DNA of 64,000 nucleotides from Alphaproteobacteria bacterium (GCA_964291265.2 OZ219747.1:416001-480000), one strand, 5' to 3'. Shown: positions 41,241 through 51,074, counted from the first letter of the stretch. Notes: a model not told the origin generated them from the letters alone. Numbers and translations are program-made.

Positions 41241-42030
41241 TCGCGTTCCCGGGGGACGGCACCGGTGTCAGTGGCTGGCGTCGGCCGAAGTAGCGCATGT
41301 GAATCTCGTCGCTGAAGCGTTGACCGGGCTGCGCCTCGTAACTCAGCGTCAACATGCGGCGCGACGGCGCGCGACGGACCGGTGCGACCCGGTGGAGCGC
41401 GCGGTGACCGTTGAAGATCGTCAGCGTACCCGGGAGGACGTCGAGCGTCCGCACGAGTGAAGAGCAGCCGGCCAGCAGATCGTCGATGAGCGACGGGAGA
41501 TCCGTGCGATGACGGATGTCGGGAATGTACTCGAATGCGCCACCGGACCCCGCCCTGCGGAGCATGATGGTGACCGCGCCATCATTGGAATCGAAATGCC
41601 ATCCCAGCTCGTCTCCCGATGCGTATTCGCTCACCATGCACGATGCGATGGCGTCGGCATTGCGGTAGTAGGGACGCCGTTCCAGCACCTCCGATACGAA
41701 CCGCGTGAGAGCGTCCCACAGAAAGAGGCGGTGCGGCGGTGATTCGCGAGGCATCTGGTCAAGGCCCGCGCAGACGAGACTGACCCGGGTCTCCCGGCCC
41801 ATGCCGGGCGGAAAGGCGTTGCGGCGATCCAGCCGCCGGAACCCGTCACGACACAGTCTGTCGGTCTCCTTTTCCACGGCCGCGATGCCCTCGGCGTGAA
41901 GGAAACAGGGCATGGTGAAGACACCGTCTGCGGCGAGGTTTCGGCGTCCCTCGCGCACGATTGCGACCGCTTCGGGACACGCGATGTCCGCGATCGGATA
42001 GCGATCGAGATCGACGAGATCTCCCACCAT
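41233..42030 (-). CDS. 2OG-Fe(II) oxygenase (ArpA/BesD-like family, HxD type)
   Basis: VDLDRYPI, ELGWHFD, GGAFEYIPDIR, PGTL.IF.G..ALHRV.PV, R....LSY. Confidence 0.8.
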   Translation of the reverse strand: MVGDLVDLDRYPIADIACPEAVAIVREGRRNLAADGVFTMPCFLHAEGIAAVEKETDRLCRDGFRRLDRRNAFPPGMGRETRVSLVCAGLDQMPRESPPHRLFLWDALTRFVSEVLERRPYYRNADAIASCMVSEYASGDELGWHFDSNDGAVTIMLRRAGSGGAFEYIPDIRHRTDLPSLIDDLLAGCSSLVRTLDVLPGTLTIFNGHRALHRVAPVRRAPSRRMLTLSYEAQPGQRFSDEIHMRYFGRRQPLTPVPSPGNATG

Positions 42031-44886
42031 CGCACGATCCGCACTAGACGACGGCACGGCTGCTGCCGATCCTCGGAGACGGACGCATGCCAACCGAAAA
42101 CATCATGACGGCGAGAATCCCCTCCGGACTCGGCGCACCCAAGGACATGATCGTGATCGGTGTCGAGTTCGCTGAACGACCAGATATCATCCTCTACGTC
42201 CCTTCTGTCGAGTTGGCTGACGGCCTCGCTGCGTGCATGTCCGGCCGCACGGCGGCGGGACCAGCCCTTGATACTCCATCGTCGGTCCCAAGTGTTGTCA
42301 GACCGCGCCGAAGCCTGCAACCGACAACGCACCATGCACGGCACGGACGACGGCATGCTTGCGAGCCGGTTCCCCATGACGTCGGCTTCCGGTTCTCGAA
42401 AGCCGCAGCAATCATGGCTCAGCCCTTCATCGATCTCACGCTCCCGGAGGCGGCAGGGCTCTTCTTTTGTCCGGTTTCGTCCGATGAGGGGGCGTTGCAG
42501 GCAGATCTGGAGGTCCATTCGGGACCGGATTTCGTTGTCGATATGCCGGTTTCGACCTCGAGAAAGTGCCACCAACTTCAGACGTCCTGACCTCGGCTAT
42601 GAATTTGTCCAATCAGTTTGATGCTTCTGGGCCGAGTTTGGGTGGGTTGTCTGGCATGTCGTAGATCATGCGCAGGTCGGTTCCTGGGAAGGTCGTGCGC
42701 GTCTGGTTGAGTTCGTCGAGCAGTCCGGCGATATCGGCGTCGCGTGCGTTGCTGGCGGTGCCGAGGAATCGCACCCGCAGGACGCGGTTTTCCTGATCGG
42801 GGATGATGTCGGCGTCCGACTGGAACAGTTCGGCGAGGGGGCGTCGCGGACGCTGTTTTGCGCCCTGGGCCTGGGCGACGGCGGCCATCATCCGGGTTTC
42901 GGCGCGGTAGGCGATCATGCGAACGATGTCGAGCAGCAGCCTCTCGCTGGAGGGCAGGGCGTCGAGCCTGTCGTTCTCGTCGAGCTCGGCCACGGTGACA
43001 TGTTTCGGGATTTCTGCACGCCGGACCTTGAGCGCCTCGTGCTCGGCGTCGAGCGTCACGATCTTGTCCTGCAGCGTCGCGGCGGCCGTGATGGCGGTGT
43101 CGGACGGGGCGCCCTTGAGCAGGTCGGCGACGCGGTTGCGCAGTGTGCCGAGCTTCTGGCGCACCTGGCGGATGCGGCGGTCGCAGCGGCGCCAGTGCGG
43201 ATGGACGACGCGCGCTTCGGGGTCCTGCTCGACAAGGCCGTGCACGGCCAGCGCGTCGAGGCCGAACTCCTGGCGCATGTACTTGAAGAAGTTCTCCTGG
43301 GACCAGCGCGAGAACAGCGCGCCGGCGACCCGCTCCATGGGCGTGTGCATGTCCGTGGTGACAAGCGGCACCTGCCGGCCGCTGTCCAGAAGACGCCGGA
43401 TCTGGCGCACCTGCGGTCCGCCGGACAGCGTGATCCGTCTCTGTGCGAGCCGCACCTCGGCGGTGCGGACGCCACCTGGTGAGTGGAGCGGCGCCCGGAC
43501 CGTGCGGAACTCTCCCTGTGGCCAGGGATCGCTCCGGAACCCCTTGTGCCAGGTGATCACCGCCACCCCGCGTCGGGCGAGGCGGGCGAACAGCGCCGGG
43601 CTCCAGCCCTCGCGGTCGAACACCAGCGTCAGCCCCGGCGCAACCGCCTCTCCCCTGGCGAGGTCCGGCGCCTCCGGCCCCGGCAGGCCGAGCCGCTCCA
43701 GCGCGGGCAGGATGTCGTGCTCCAGCGCGTGCGTCATGGTCGGGTCGAGGTCCTTGTGCAGGCACAGGAGCGGCCGGCCGCCGAGCGCGTTGACCCAATA
43801 GCCTGTCGAGGCCGGCAGACAGAGCTTCTGACGTGACACGAAGTGCTTCGGCAGGCGACCCTTGCGGCCCGAATATACCTTCACGTGCCCGTCCACCGAC
43901 AGTGTCGCGCAGACATCCGGCGCGCCCGCGATCCAGTCCTTCGCCAGCGCGTCCTGCCAGTCCCGGACCCGCTGCGGGTCGCTCGCGAGCGCCCTGATCT
44001 TGCGCCGCAGCGTCTTGACCTCCGGGCAGCGGTCGAGCCCCAGGACCGCGCCCCGTTCTCCGGGCGCCTCGTGGCGCAGCGCCTCGGGGTTGCGGATCCG
44101 GGCCATGAACAGGAAGGCGAGCATGAGAAGCACGCTCGTCAGCCCATAGTACCCTTTCGGCAGCGACAGGAACCTGTCCGCGTGCTCCAGGAGACCCTCC
44201 TTCAGCAGCGCCGGCAGCGCCGCCAGGACGCCGCCGCCGGCGACCGCCGAGAGTGGCTCGTCGAAGCGCGGCGGCGCTTCGTTCATGGCTCCCGTCGAAG
44301 CCGCGACGCGCCCGGCGCTGTCGCGCGCGCCGCGCCCCATCGGCGCGACCCTGTCGCGACGGTCCCGTTCGCCGCGGCCGAGAAGATCGTCCGGGCATCG
44401 CGTGGCCTCGTCGACTTGCGCCGCCTGCGGCCGCTCTCCGCCGCCGATGAAGCCGTTGCTGAGGTTGTAGTACGCCGTCGATCTCGCGATCCCCAGTTCC
44501 CGGGCCAGTGCCGCGGCGTTCATGCCCTCGGCCAGGAGACGGTTCGCCGCGGCTGCCGTCTCGCCTGTGATCACGCTGAGACCACGGCCCTTGCGTGGCT
44601 CGTAGAAGCTCGCTTCGCCCTCGTCCCGGAGCTTCCTCACCGCCCGCTGCACGGTCGCGCGGCTCACGTCGAAGGCCGCCTGCAGGTCTCCTTGAGGAAC
44701 GCCGTGCCTGGCGAACCTCGCGATCCGCAGCAGCATGGCCGGCCGGTCGCCCTCGTCGTGGCAGTCGAAGGGCTCCATGTTCGAGAAGTAGACGGTGAGC
44801 GCCTTCAGGCAGATTGATGATGCGTTGATCGGGCAATTTAGTGGACATGAGCTTTCGCGCTGCGCTTGGTTTGCGGTTCTTGAAGG

Positions 44887-45750
44887 CTACTTGGAAGGGA
44901 AGGCTGGTGTTCGTGCCTTGAGGACGTCGTTCCAGTCTTTGTGTCCGTCTGGGGGTCTCATGCGGAGAGCTCTTGGGTCTTGGCTGACGAGGCGCTCGGC
45001 GGCCTGTTCTCCGACGGGATCGGCGTCGAAGGCGACGAGGATGCGCTTTGGCGTCCAGGCTTCGGCCCATGTTGGGAGACGGTAAGCGATGCCGGCGGTT
45101 GACAGGATCACGGTAGCGGATTGCCGACATTCCTTGAGGCACCATGCGGAGAGGGCGTCGATGGCGCTTTCGGTGATGATGATGGTGCGTGGCATGGAGC
45201 GGTCCACGGGGATCCAGAAGCTGCCGGCGGCCTTGCGTGATCCACGCGCCATGGCTCTGTACTGCTTTCCGTCTGCGTTGGGGACGGTACCGACGATCTC
45301 GGCGCCGGAGACGTCTCTTCGTGCGTTGGTGCATGTGAAGACGGCGTTTCTGCGTTCGTCGGCGGCGACGAGGCCGTGCTGTCGGCAAGCGTCCAGGCAA
45401 CGGTCTGGCAGGCGGCGGTCATGGGCGAGGTAGTGGCGTACGGCGTGCCAGGTTTCCTCGCAGTGCGTTGGTGTTCTCGGCCCCTTGCCGCCGGAGCGTG
45501 CGGTGAGGAGTGCGACGGCGTCGTTGAAGCTGCAGCGGTGTGCATGCATGACGAGATCGATGGCGCCGCCACCGCCGGACTGGGTGATGTGGTCGAACCA
45601 GCGTTGTCGGTTGACGCTGATGACGGATCCGTGGCGCTTGAAGCGTCGCGGGTCGCGCGGGTCTCTTCGGTAGCCGAGCCGCAGGGCGAGTGGTTCGAGG
45701 GGCTGGTTGCGGATGTCATCGAGATGCTGATTGTCCCAGGACCGGATCAT
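44887..45750 (-). CDS. TOPRIM-domain primase-like protein (DUF3991/TOPRIM-like)
   Basis: N-terminal WFDH....GGGAIDLVMH....FNDAV..L; TOPRIM motifs ITESAIDALS, AFDAD..G, KDWND. Confidence 0.82.
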   Translation of the reverse strand: MIRSWDNQHLDDIRNQPLEPLALRLGYRRDPRDPRRFKRHGSVISVNRQRWFDHITQSGGGGAIDLVMHAHRCSFNDAVALLTARSGGKGPRTPTHCEETWHAVRHYLAHDRRLPDRCLDACRQHGLVAADERRNAVFTCTNARRDVSGAEIVGTVPNADGKQYRAMARGSRKAAGSFWIPVDRSMPRTIIITESAIDALSAWCLKECRQSATVILSTAGIAYRLPTWAEAWTPKRILVAFDADPVGEQAAERLVSQDPRALRMRPPDGHKDWNDVLKARTPAFPSK

Positions 45751-45785
45751 GGTCTGTCGAGCCTCCTGCGTGGTGGACGGGGGGT

Positions 45786-45850
45786 GGTTCCCGTTGGCGG
45801 TTCCCACCTGAACTCCCAGGGTGAACGGGAACCGGGAACCGGGAACCGCC
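45786..45850. repeat. Cluster of GGGAACC heptamers in inverted arrangement (candidate origin)
   Basis: GGTTCCC at 45786 and 45799; GGGAACC x3 in tandem at 45827-45847; 10-bp IR GGCGGTTCCC / GGGAACCGCC. Confidence 0.75.
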
Positions 45851-45884
45851 TGGCGTCGGGGCGTTTTGCGCCTGGTTGTTGCGG

Positions 45885-46832
45885 TCAGGCTTTGGCGACG
45901 CGATAGGCACCGGGACCGTCCTGTGCGACACGTCCTTCCTGGACGAGCTTGGCCAGAAGCGTGGCGACGGTCGTGTTCCGTGTTGGGACGCGGTCCCGGA
46001 CCTGGCGCAGCGAGAGCGGGGCATCGGCGTCGGCGAGGACCTGGACGATGCGCTGTTCGGGGGTTGGCGGCTGCGGCCTGGCGCCGTCGGGTTCCTGTTG
46101 CCGCAGCTGCAGGGCGGCTCCGTTGCCGCTGTCGGTGAGTTCGATGTCGAGATCGGCGAGTCCGGGTGCGGCGCGGTGTTCGACGGTCATGAGGATGGTT
46201 TCGTGGCGGCGCCGCAGGTAGAGGTTGCTGTCGCCCCATGCGTGCAGCTCGCTGCTTCCGCGCAAGGCCTGTCCGGGCCGGCTGGCGGCGCTCTTGCGTG
46301 CGTGGTGGACGAGCAGCACGGCGGCGCCGGAGTGTCGCTGCACGTCGCGCAGGAAGCCGAGGATCGGCGCGATCTCGGCGACGGCGTTTTCGTCGACGCC
46401 GTGCAGGCGGACGAGGGGGTCGAGGATGAGCAGGCGGGAGCCGTGACGCTCGACGGTCTCGAGCAGGCTCTGGCGGTCGGTTGGGTGGTCGAGGCGCAGT
46501 GCGGGGACGTCGATGACGGCGATGTCGAGGGTGTCGAAGTCGGCGCCGGCTGCGGCGGCGATGCCCTGGAGGCGGCGTCGCACGATGTGGCCGGCGTCCT
46601 CGGCGGCGAACATGAGCACCGGTCCGGGGTGCATGGCCGGGAAGCGGCGCAGACAGGGGACGCCGGCGGCGACGGCGACGGCGAGATCGAGGGCGAGGAA
46701 GGACTTTCCGCACTTGGGTTCGCCGCCGATGATGCCGACGGCCTCGCGGCCCCACAGGCTGTCGACGAGCCACTGCCCCTCGGTTGGCCGGTCCTCGAGT
46801 TCGGCCGGGCTGCGGGTTGGCAGGCCGATCAT
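45885..46832 (-). CDS. AAA_25 / RepA-like (RecA-fold) helicase with C-terminal winged HTH
   Basis: WLVDSLW, Walker A GEPKCGKS, AED, LLILDP, LVHHARK, LRGSS; ATGA overlap with the upstream gene. Confidence 0.87.
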   Translation of the reverse strand: MIGLPTRSPAELEDRPTEGQWLVDSLWGREAVGIIGGEPKCGKSFLALDLAVAVAAGVPCLRRFPAMHPGPVLMFAAEDAGHIVRRRLQGIAAAAGADFDTLDIAVIDVPALRLDHPTDRQSLLETVERHGSRLLILDPLVRLHGVDENAVAEIAPILGFLRDVQRHSGAAVLLVHHARKSAASRPGQALRGSSELHAWGDSNLYLRRRHETILMTVEHRAAPGLADLDIELTDSGNGAALQLRQQEPDGARPQPPTPEQRIVQVLADADAPLSLRQVRDRVPTRNTTVATLLAKLVQEGRVAQDGPGAYRVAKA

Positions 46833-47659
46833 CGTGTGCGCCTCGGCGGGATGGGTTCGCCCCAGGTTTCGAGGAAGAGCTTTTCGTCGAGCACCTCGCG
46901 GTCGGTGTCGAGGGCGACAGCGAGGAGGTTGTCGGCGAGGATGGTCAGGGAGCGCGGATTGCCGTCTGCATGGACGACGAGGGTCTCCTTGAGGCCGGGG
47001 GTCATGAGGCCTGGATTGCCGGCGGCGTCGAGCAGGTGGTCGAGCAGGCGGAGCAGTTCGTCGGGTTCGCAGCGCGTCATGACGAGGCGTTGACGGACCC
47101 GCGAGGCGACGGCTTGCAGGTCGGGGCTGTGCAGCTTGGCGAGCAGGCGGCTGTCGCCGGCCAGGACGACGCTGAGGATGGCGCGCGAGTCGAACTCCGT
47201 GGAGGCGAGCAGGCGCAGTTCGGTGAGCACGGCCTGCGGCATCTCCTGGGCCTCGTCGACGAGCAGGACCGGGCGCATGCGGGTGTCCTCGAGATGGGTG
47301 AGCCAGCACTCGCGCAGGGCCTTGAAGCCGGCCCAGAGGTTCCGGCGCAGTGTCGTGATGCCGAAGAGGTCGGTCATCTCGCGGTAGAAGTCTGCGGTGC
47401 TCGACGAGGGATGGGCGAGCACGGCGACGTCGAGGCCCTCCGCGGTCTCGAGACGCTCGTCGAGCAGGCGCAGGGCGACGCTCTTGCCGGTGCCATGCTC
47501 GCCGGCCACCACGGCGAAGCCGCCCTGGCGCACGAGCTGACGCTCGATCCTGCGGCAGAAGCTGTCGATCGCGGGCGTTGCGAGAAGGCCCTCGACCGGC
47601 AGGTCGGCGGCGAAGGGGTTCCACTTGAGGCCGTAATGGGTGAGGTGTTGGCGGTTCAT
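46829..47659 (-). CDS. ExeA/AAA_22 family ATPase (transposition helper, TnsC/MuB-like)
   Basis: YGLKWNPF, GEHGTGKS, LLVDEAQ, VLAG, SR, GNPR; ATGA overlap with the transposase stop. Confidence 0.9.
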   Translation of the reverse strand: MNRQHLTHYGLKWNPFAADLPVEGLLATPAIDSFCRRIERQLVRQGGFAVVAGEHGTGKSVALRLLDERLETAEGLDVAVLAHPSSSTADFYREMTDLFGITTLRRNLWAGFKALRECWLTHLEDTRMRPVLLVDEAQEMPQAVLTELRLLASTEFDSRAILSVVLAGDSRLLAKLHSPDLQAVASRVRQRLVMTRCEPDELLRLLDHLLDAAGNPGLMTPGLKETLVVHADGNPRSLTILADNLLAVALDTDREVLDEKLFLETWGEPIPPRRTR

Positions 47660-49173
47660 GACATGTCTCCCTGATCGTTGTTGTCCTTGCCTTCGTCGTT
47701 CGGGCCGGCATCCTTGCCGAAGGGCAACCATGCCGGGGGCAGGCCGGTGGCGTCCTGCTCGTCGCGCAGGCGCTTGAGCAGCGGCGCCGGCCCGGTCTGT
47801 GGCTTCACCTCGTCGTCTTCTCTCCGGCGCCCGGTCCGGCGGCGGAGCCCCTCGGCGTTGCGAGACTTGTCCACCGGACGCAGGGTCGAGATGCGGTCCC
47901 CGGTGCGGCCGTCGACCATGTCGATGCCGGAGAGGTCCCAGCGGGCGACGCGCAGGTCGATCTCGCGCAGGTGGCGCCACGGCGCCGGCAGTTGATAGCG
48001 GACACTCGCCACCGTCACCGTGGCGTCGGAGCGTCGCACCTTGCGACGCACCTTGATGCGGAAGGCGGCCCGGAGTTCGCTGCTGTCCGGGCATGTCCGC
48101 GAGGCGTCCTCGCTGTCGATCACGCGCCTGAGCGGCGTGACCCCCGTCTCGCGGTGTACGCGGCGGTGATACTCGCGCTCGAACCAGATGACGGTGGCGT
48201 CGTTCAGGTCCTGCAGGGTCAGGGTCTCGACGTTCTCGAGCATCGCCATCAGGCGGCCCTCGACCTGGGCGAACAGCACCTCCTGCTTGCCGTTCTGGTA
48301 CGGGCTGCGGACAAGCGTGTGGTGGTGCAGCACGCCGAGGGCGTGCAGTCCCTCCTGCACCTCCCCGGCCGTCATCGCCGATCCGTTGTCGGTCAGAAGG
48401 GACCGCGGCAGCCCTCGCTTCATGAAGGCCTGGCTGATGCCGTGAACGAAGATCTCCGTGGTCTCCCCGAGATACCACTGCATGTGGCAGACGAGACGCG
48501 AGTGGTCGTCGATGAAGCTGAGCAGGATCGGCGTCCTCCACTCCCCGGACGGCGTCAGCACGCGACAGGTCCGCGCATGGTGGAAGTCGGCGTGCCACAG
48601 GGCATGGCTGCGCGAGACCTCGTAGCTCAGCACCTCGCGCCCCTCGACCGCAGGCCGCTCCGCTTCACCACCGAACTTCCGCTGCCGCCGCCGCCGCTCC
48701 AGGCCCGCCGAACGCATGACCCGGGTCAGCGTCGCATAGGACGGCATCGGCCCGAGCGAAGGGTCGGCCTCGACCAGCGCGCAAAGGTTGTCGTGGTGGA
48801 GCTGAACCGACCACGTGGGGTGCGCCCTGTACTGGTCGCGCAAGGCCGCCATCAGCAGGGGCGAGACGCTCCGCGCACGACCGGCGTCGCAGCGCACCCG
48901 ACGGCGCAGCGCCCGCACCGGATCCCGGTCGGCCGACCGCGCCTTGTAGTACCAGCGCTCGATCGTCGACACCGAGAAGCGGATCGTGCCGCCCCTGACG
49001 GGATGCTCCCAGTCCCGCCGCGACAGCCGTTGAAGCTCGGCCCGCAAACCACCCTTCGGCGGCGGCGACGCCAGCAGCGGGCCAACCACCGCAAAGCGCA
49101 GCCGCGTCCAGGCGTCCCCGGCGTCCGCTTCGTCCTTCGTCACCACGACGGCCTTCCTCCCTCGTCGTCCCAT
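47656..49173 (-). CDS. DDE (rve) transposase with N-terminal HTH and Mu-like C-terminal domain
   Basis: STIERWY, LWHADFH, FIDDHSR, LLTDNGS, PYQNGKQE, YH..VH..TG.TP, RKVR.SD.TV. Confidence 0.92.
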   Translation of the reverse strand: MGRRGRKAVVVTKDEADAGDAWTRLRFAVVGPLLASPPPKGGLRAELQRLSRRDWEHPVRGGTIRFSVSTIERWYYKARSADRDPVRALRRRVRCDAGRARSVSPLLMAALRDQYRAHPTWSVQLHHDNLCALVEADPSLGPMPSYATLTRVMRSAGLERRRRQRKFGGEAERPAVEGREVLSYEVSRSHALWHADFHHARTCRVLTPSGEWRTPILLSFIDDHSRLVCHMQWYLGETTEIFVHGISQAFMKRGLPRSLLTDNGSAMTAGEVQEGLHALGVLHHHTLVRSPYQNGKQEVLFAQVEGRLMAMLENVETLTLQDLNDATVIWFEREYHRRVHRETGVTPLRRVIDSEDASRTCPDSSELRAAFRIKVRRKVRRSDATVTVASVRYQLPAPWRHLREIDLRVARWDLSGIDMVDGRTGDRISTLRPVDKSRNAEGLRRRTGRRREDDEVKPQTGPAPLLKRLRDEQDATGLPPAWLPFGKDAGPNDEGKDNNDQGDMS

Positions 49174-49195
49174 GGGAGGAAGGCCCTATACGGTC

Positions 49196-49810
49196 CTATG
49201 TCATCGCACTACAGGCACTCTCTGCGGGCGGCGACAGACCATCGACGATCCTGCAGAAGCCGGTCCACGGCATGAGCCAGACCAGGCTCCGCAGAAGGCG
49301 CGATCGAAACGATCCGCCGCGCATCAAGCGCACCAGGGCCACAAGCGGAGGCTCGTCCGCCTCCACCGCCAGATCGCCACGTTTCCAGCGCCACGCCGCC
49401 GTCGCCGGGAACCTCTCCCGCCACCATCGACGCCACCGGCCAAGCGTCCTCTCCGGGATGCCAGACATGCGGCTCGCCTTCGCCAGGGGAACACTGCCGC
49501 ACAGAACCAGGAGGCTCGCAGCCAGGTATACCGGCGCCGCACGGAACCTCCGGCCGAAGAAGCGCACCGAGGGCGGAGTCGTCCGGCTCCTGCACTCAGC
49601 ACAGCAGAAGCTGAAACGGCGGTTGTCGCCGCGAAGAGCAGGCGCAAGCGCGTGCGGCTTGCGCGGATACCGCGCGCTGTGAAGACGACCGCCGCAATGC
49701 GGGCATCCCTCCAGGCGGCAGCGCTCCGCCTCGGCCGCATCAATCCTCTCAAGGAGAGGCCAGACATGAGCGCAGGAAAGTATGGGACCCGGGAAGGAAA
49801 CGTGCGACAT
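49196..49810 (-). CDS. Zn-finger/HTH accessory protein, first gene of the transposon
   Basis: CPHCGG and CCAECR cysteine pairs, R.TPPSVRF, HTH-like GIPERTLGRWRRWW. Confidence 0.78.
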   Translation of the reverse strand: MSHVSFPGPILSCAHVWPLLERIDAAEAERCRLEGCPHCGGRLHSARYPRKPHALAPALRGDNRRFSFCCAECRSRTTPPSVRFFGRRFRAAPVYLAASLLVLCGSVPLAKASRMSGIPERTLGRWRRWWRERFPATAAWRWKRGDLAVEADEPPLVALVRLMRGGSFRSRLLRSLVWLMPWTGFCRIVDGLSPPAESACSAMT

Positions 49811-50287
49811 TGACTGGCCTCCGGTGATCTCACCGTCACGGAGACAAGCCCCTCGGCCGACTTCTTGCAAGTCGGTCGAGGGGCAATCACCCCAGACCAG
49901 CAGACAATTCAAGCAAAACCGACGGAATCCACGTCAAAAATCGCGCAAACGCTTAGACGGTCTGTCCGTCGAGGTCGGCAAGGGAGAAGCACGAGGTTCC
50001 AATCTGGACGGCTTCGGGAGGGTGCATTGCGAGCGTGTTCATGGCCTGGACTGCTCCAATATAGGCATCATGTCATATTGGATCACCCCACGGCTATGGT
50101 GTCAAGCAAAAAACTGGGAAACCCGTTCATTGTGTTGGAAAAAAAGAAGGTCCGGACGGATCAAGTCAACTCACGAGGTCAGGACGTCTGAACTTCAAGA
50201 ACGGTCACTCTGAAGCGGTTGTCCACCGCCGATCACGACAACAGAACGGTCCTGCCGGAGGCGGTGACGCCCTTGCCATTCGAGATG

Positions 50288-50303
50288 GAATGTTATAACG
50301 TTC
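50288..50303. promoter_or_regulatory. Putative Zur box
   Basis: Near-perfect palindrome GAATGTTATAACGTTC, 30 bp upstream of zur and the Zn ABC operon. Confidence 0.7.
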
Positions 50304-50332
50304 TTCCGCATTCTGCCAGTTGAGAACAGGAG

Positions 50333-50839
50333 ATGACGAAGCCTTCAGTCCGACCCCGACCCTGCATCGATCCGGATTGCCGCGGGCAGCACTCGCAAGG
50401 CGAACGGGTCGCCCTGGCGGAGTCGATTTGCGCAGAGCGCGGCGTGCAGATGACAGAGTGGCGCAGGCGTATCCTGGAGTTGCTCTGGGTCCGCGGTGAG
50501 CCGACAAGCGCCTACCAGCTGATCGAGGCCGTCAGACTCAAGGATTCGCGTCCGATCGGACCGCCGACAGTGTACCGGGCGCTGCACTTCCTGATGGAAC
50601 AGGGTCTCGTTTCCAGGATCGAGAGCCTCAATGCCTACGTCCCATGCATCCATCCCGAGCGTGATCACGATTGCCTCTTCTTCATTTGCAGGGCCTGTGG
50701 AACGTCGGTCGAGCTCGAGGATCCGCGAATCGCGGGACTGCTCGCCGAGGATGCCGCCGTCCTCGGGTTCGTCGCCAAGCGTCGCACGGTTGAAGTCGAG
50801 GGCACGTGCGCCGAGTGCGCAGGAACCGATGCGACATAG
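50333..50839 (+). CDS. zur: Zinc uptake regulator (Fur family)
   Basis: SAY.L, PPTVYRAL.FL..GLV.RIESLNAY..C, C..C pairs; heads a Zn ABC operon. Confidence 0.88.
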   Translation: MTKPSVRPRPCIDPDCRGQHSQGERVALAESICAERGVQMTEWRRRILELLWVRGEPTSAYQLIEAVRLKDSRPIGPPTVYRALHFLMEQGLVSRIESLNAYVPCIHPERDHDCLFFICRACGTSVELEDPRIAGLLAEDAAVLGFVAKRRTVEVEGTCAECAGTDAT

Positions 50840-50861
50840 GCAGGAGGGAAGTACGGCACCC

Positions 50862-51074
50862 ATGGTGGAGAAGGCCGTGCCAGGATGGACCGTCGCGGCG
50901 ACCGGAGGTGACCGCCGTCACTCGGCAGGAAGCACTGGCAAGAAGACCCGGTACACCCGATCACTTCGGCTGCTGCCGTTGGGCGCCGGCTCTCGGCTCA
51001 TCGGCGCAGGCCTGATCGTTGCTGTGCTCTGGGGCGCCTTCTTCTGGGCAACGTCCACGCCAGGTGGACCGTGA
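50862..51074 (+). CDS. Small membrane protein preceding the metal ABC ATPase
   Basis: Single TM segment RL..AGLIVAVLWGAFFWA; stop overlaps the next start (GTGA). Confidence 0.55.
   Translation: MVEKAVPGWTVAATGGDRRHSAGSTGKKTRYTRSLRLLPLGAGSRLIGAGLIVAVLWGAFFWATSTPGGP

Larger units (their letters stand above)
44796..49955 (-). mobile_element. Five-gene DDE transposon with a helicase/primase module
   Basis: Precise insertion relative to the copy-1 empty site; duplicated GACGG (5 bp; alternatively TAGACGGT, 8 bp); ends TGAGCG / TAAGCG. Confidence 0.9.
42613..50042 (-). pseudogene. Transposase of copy 2, split into 49956-50042 and 42613-44795
   Basis: Joining the two parts reconstitutes the copy-1 sequence (..ADLDGQTVYFSNMEPF..). 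Confidence 0.9.
42579..50190 (-). mobile_element. Unclassified IS, copy 2, interrupted by a 5.16-kb nested transposon
   Basis: Same 17-bp IRs as copy 1; 5-bp TSD AACTT (42574-42578, 50191-50195). Confidence 0.93.

Noticed and set aside
42087-42575. Lower-GC ORF-like segment beside the IS end
   Set aside because: No convincing motif on either strand
42578-45400. 940-aa ORF, and its 606-aa twin at 23923-25743
   Set aside because: Arg/Gly/Ala-rich alternative-frame shadows of the transposase; the 940-aa ORF crosses an insertion junction
46829-47659. Type II secretion ExeA
   Set aside because: Translationally coupled to a DDE transposase, with no secretion genes nearby
44887-48598. Long ORF calls of 628, 608 and 589 aa suggesting fusions
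   Set aside because: The N-terminal parts are out-of-frame shadows of the upstream genes; true starts are 45750, 46832 and 47659
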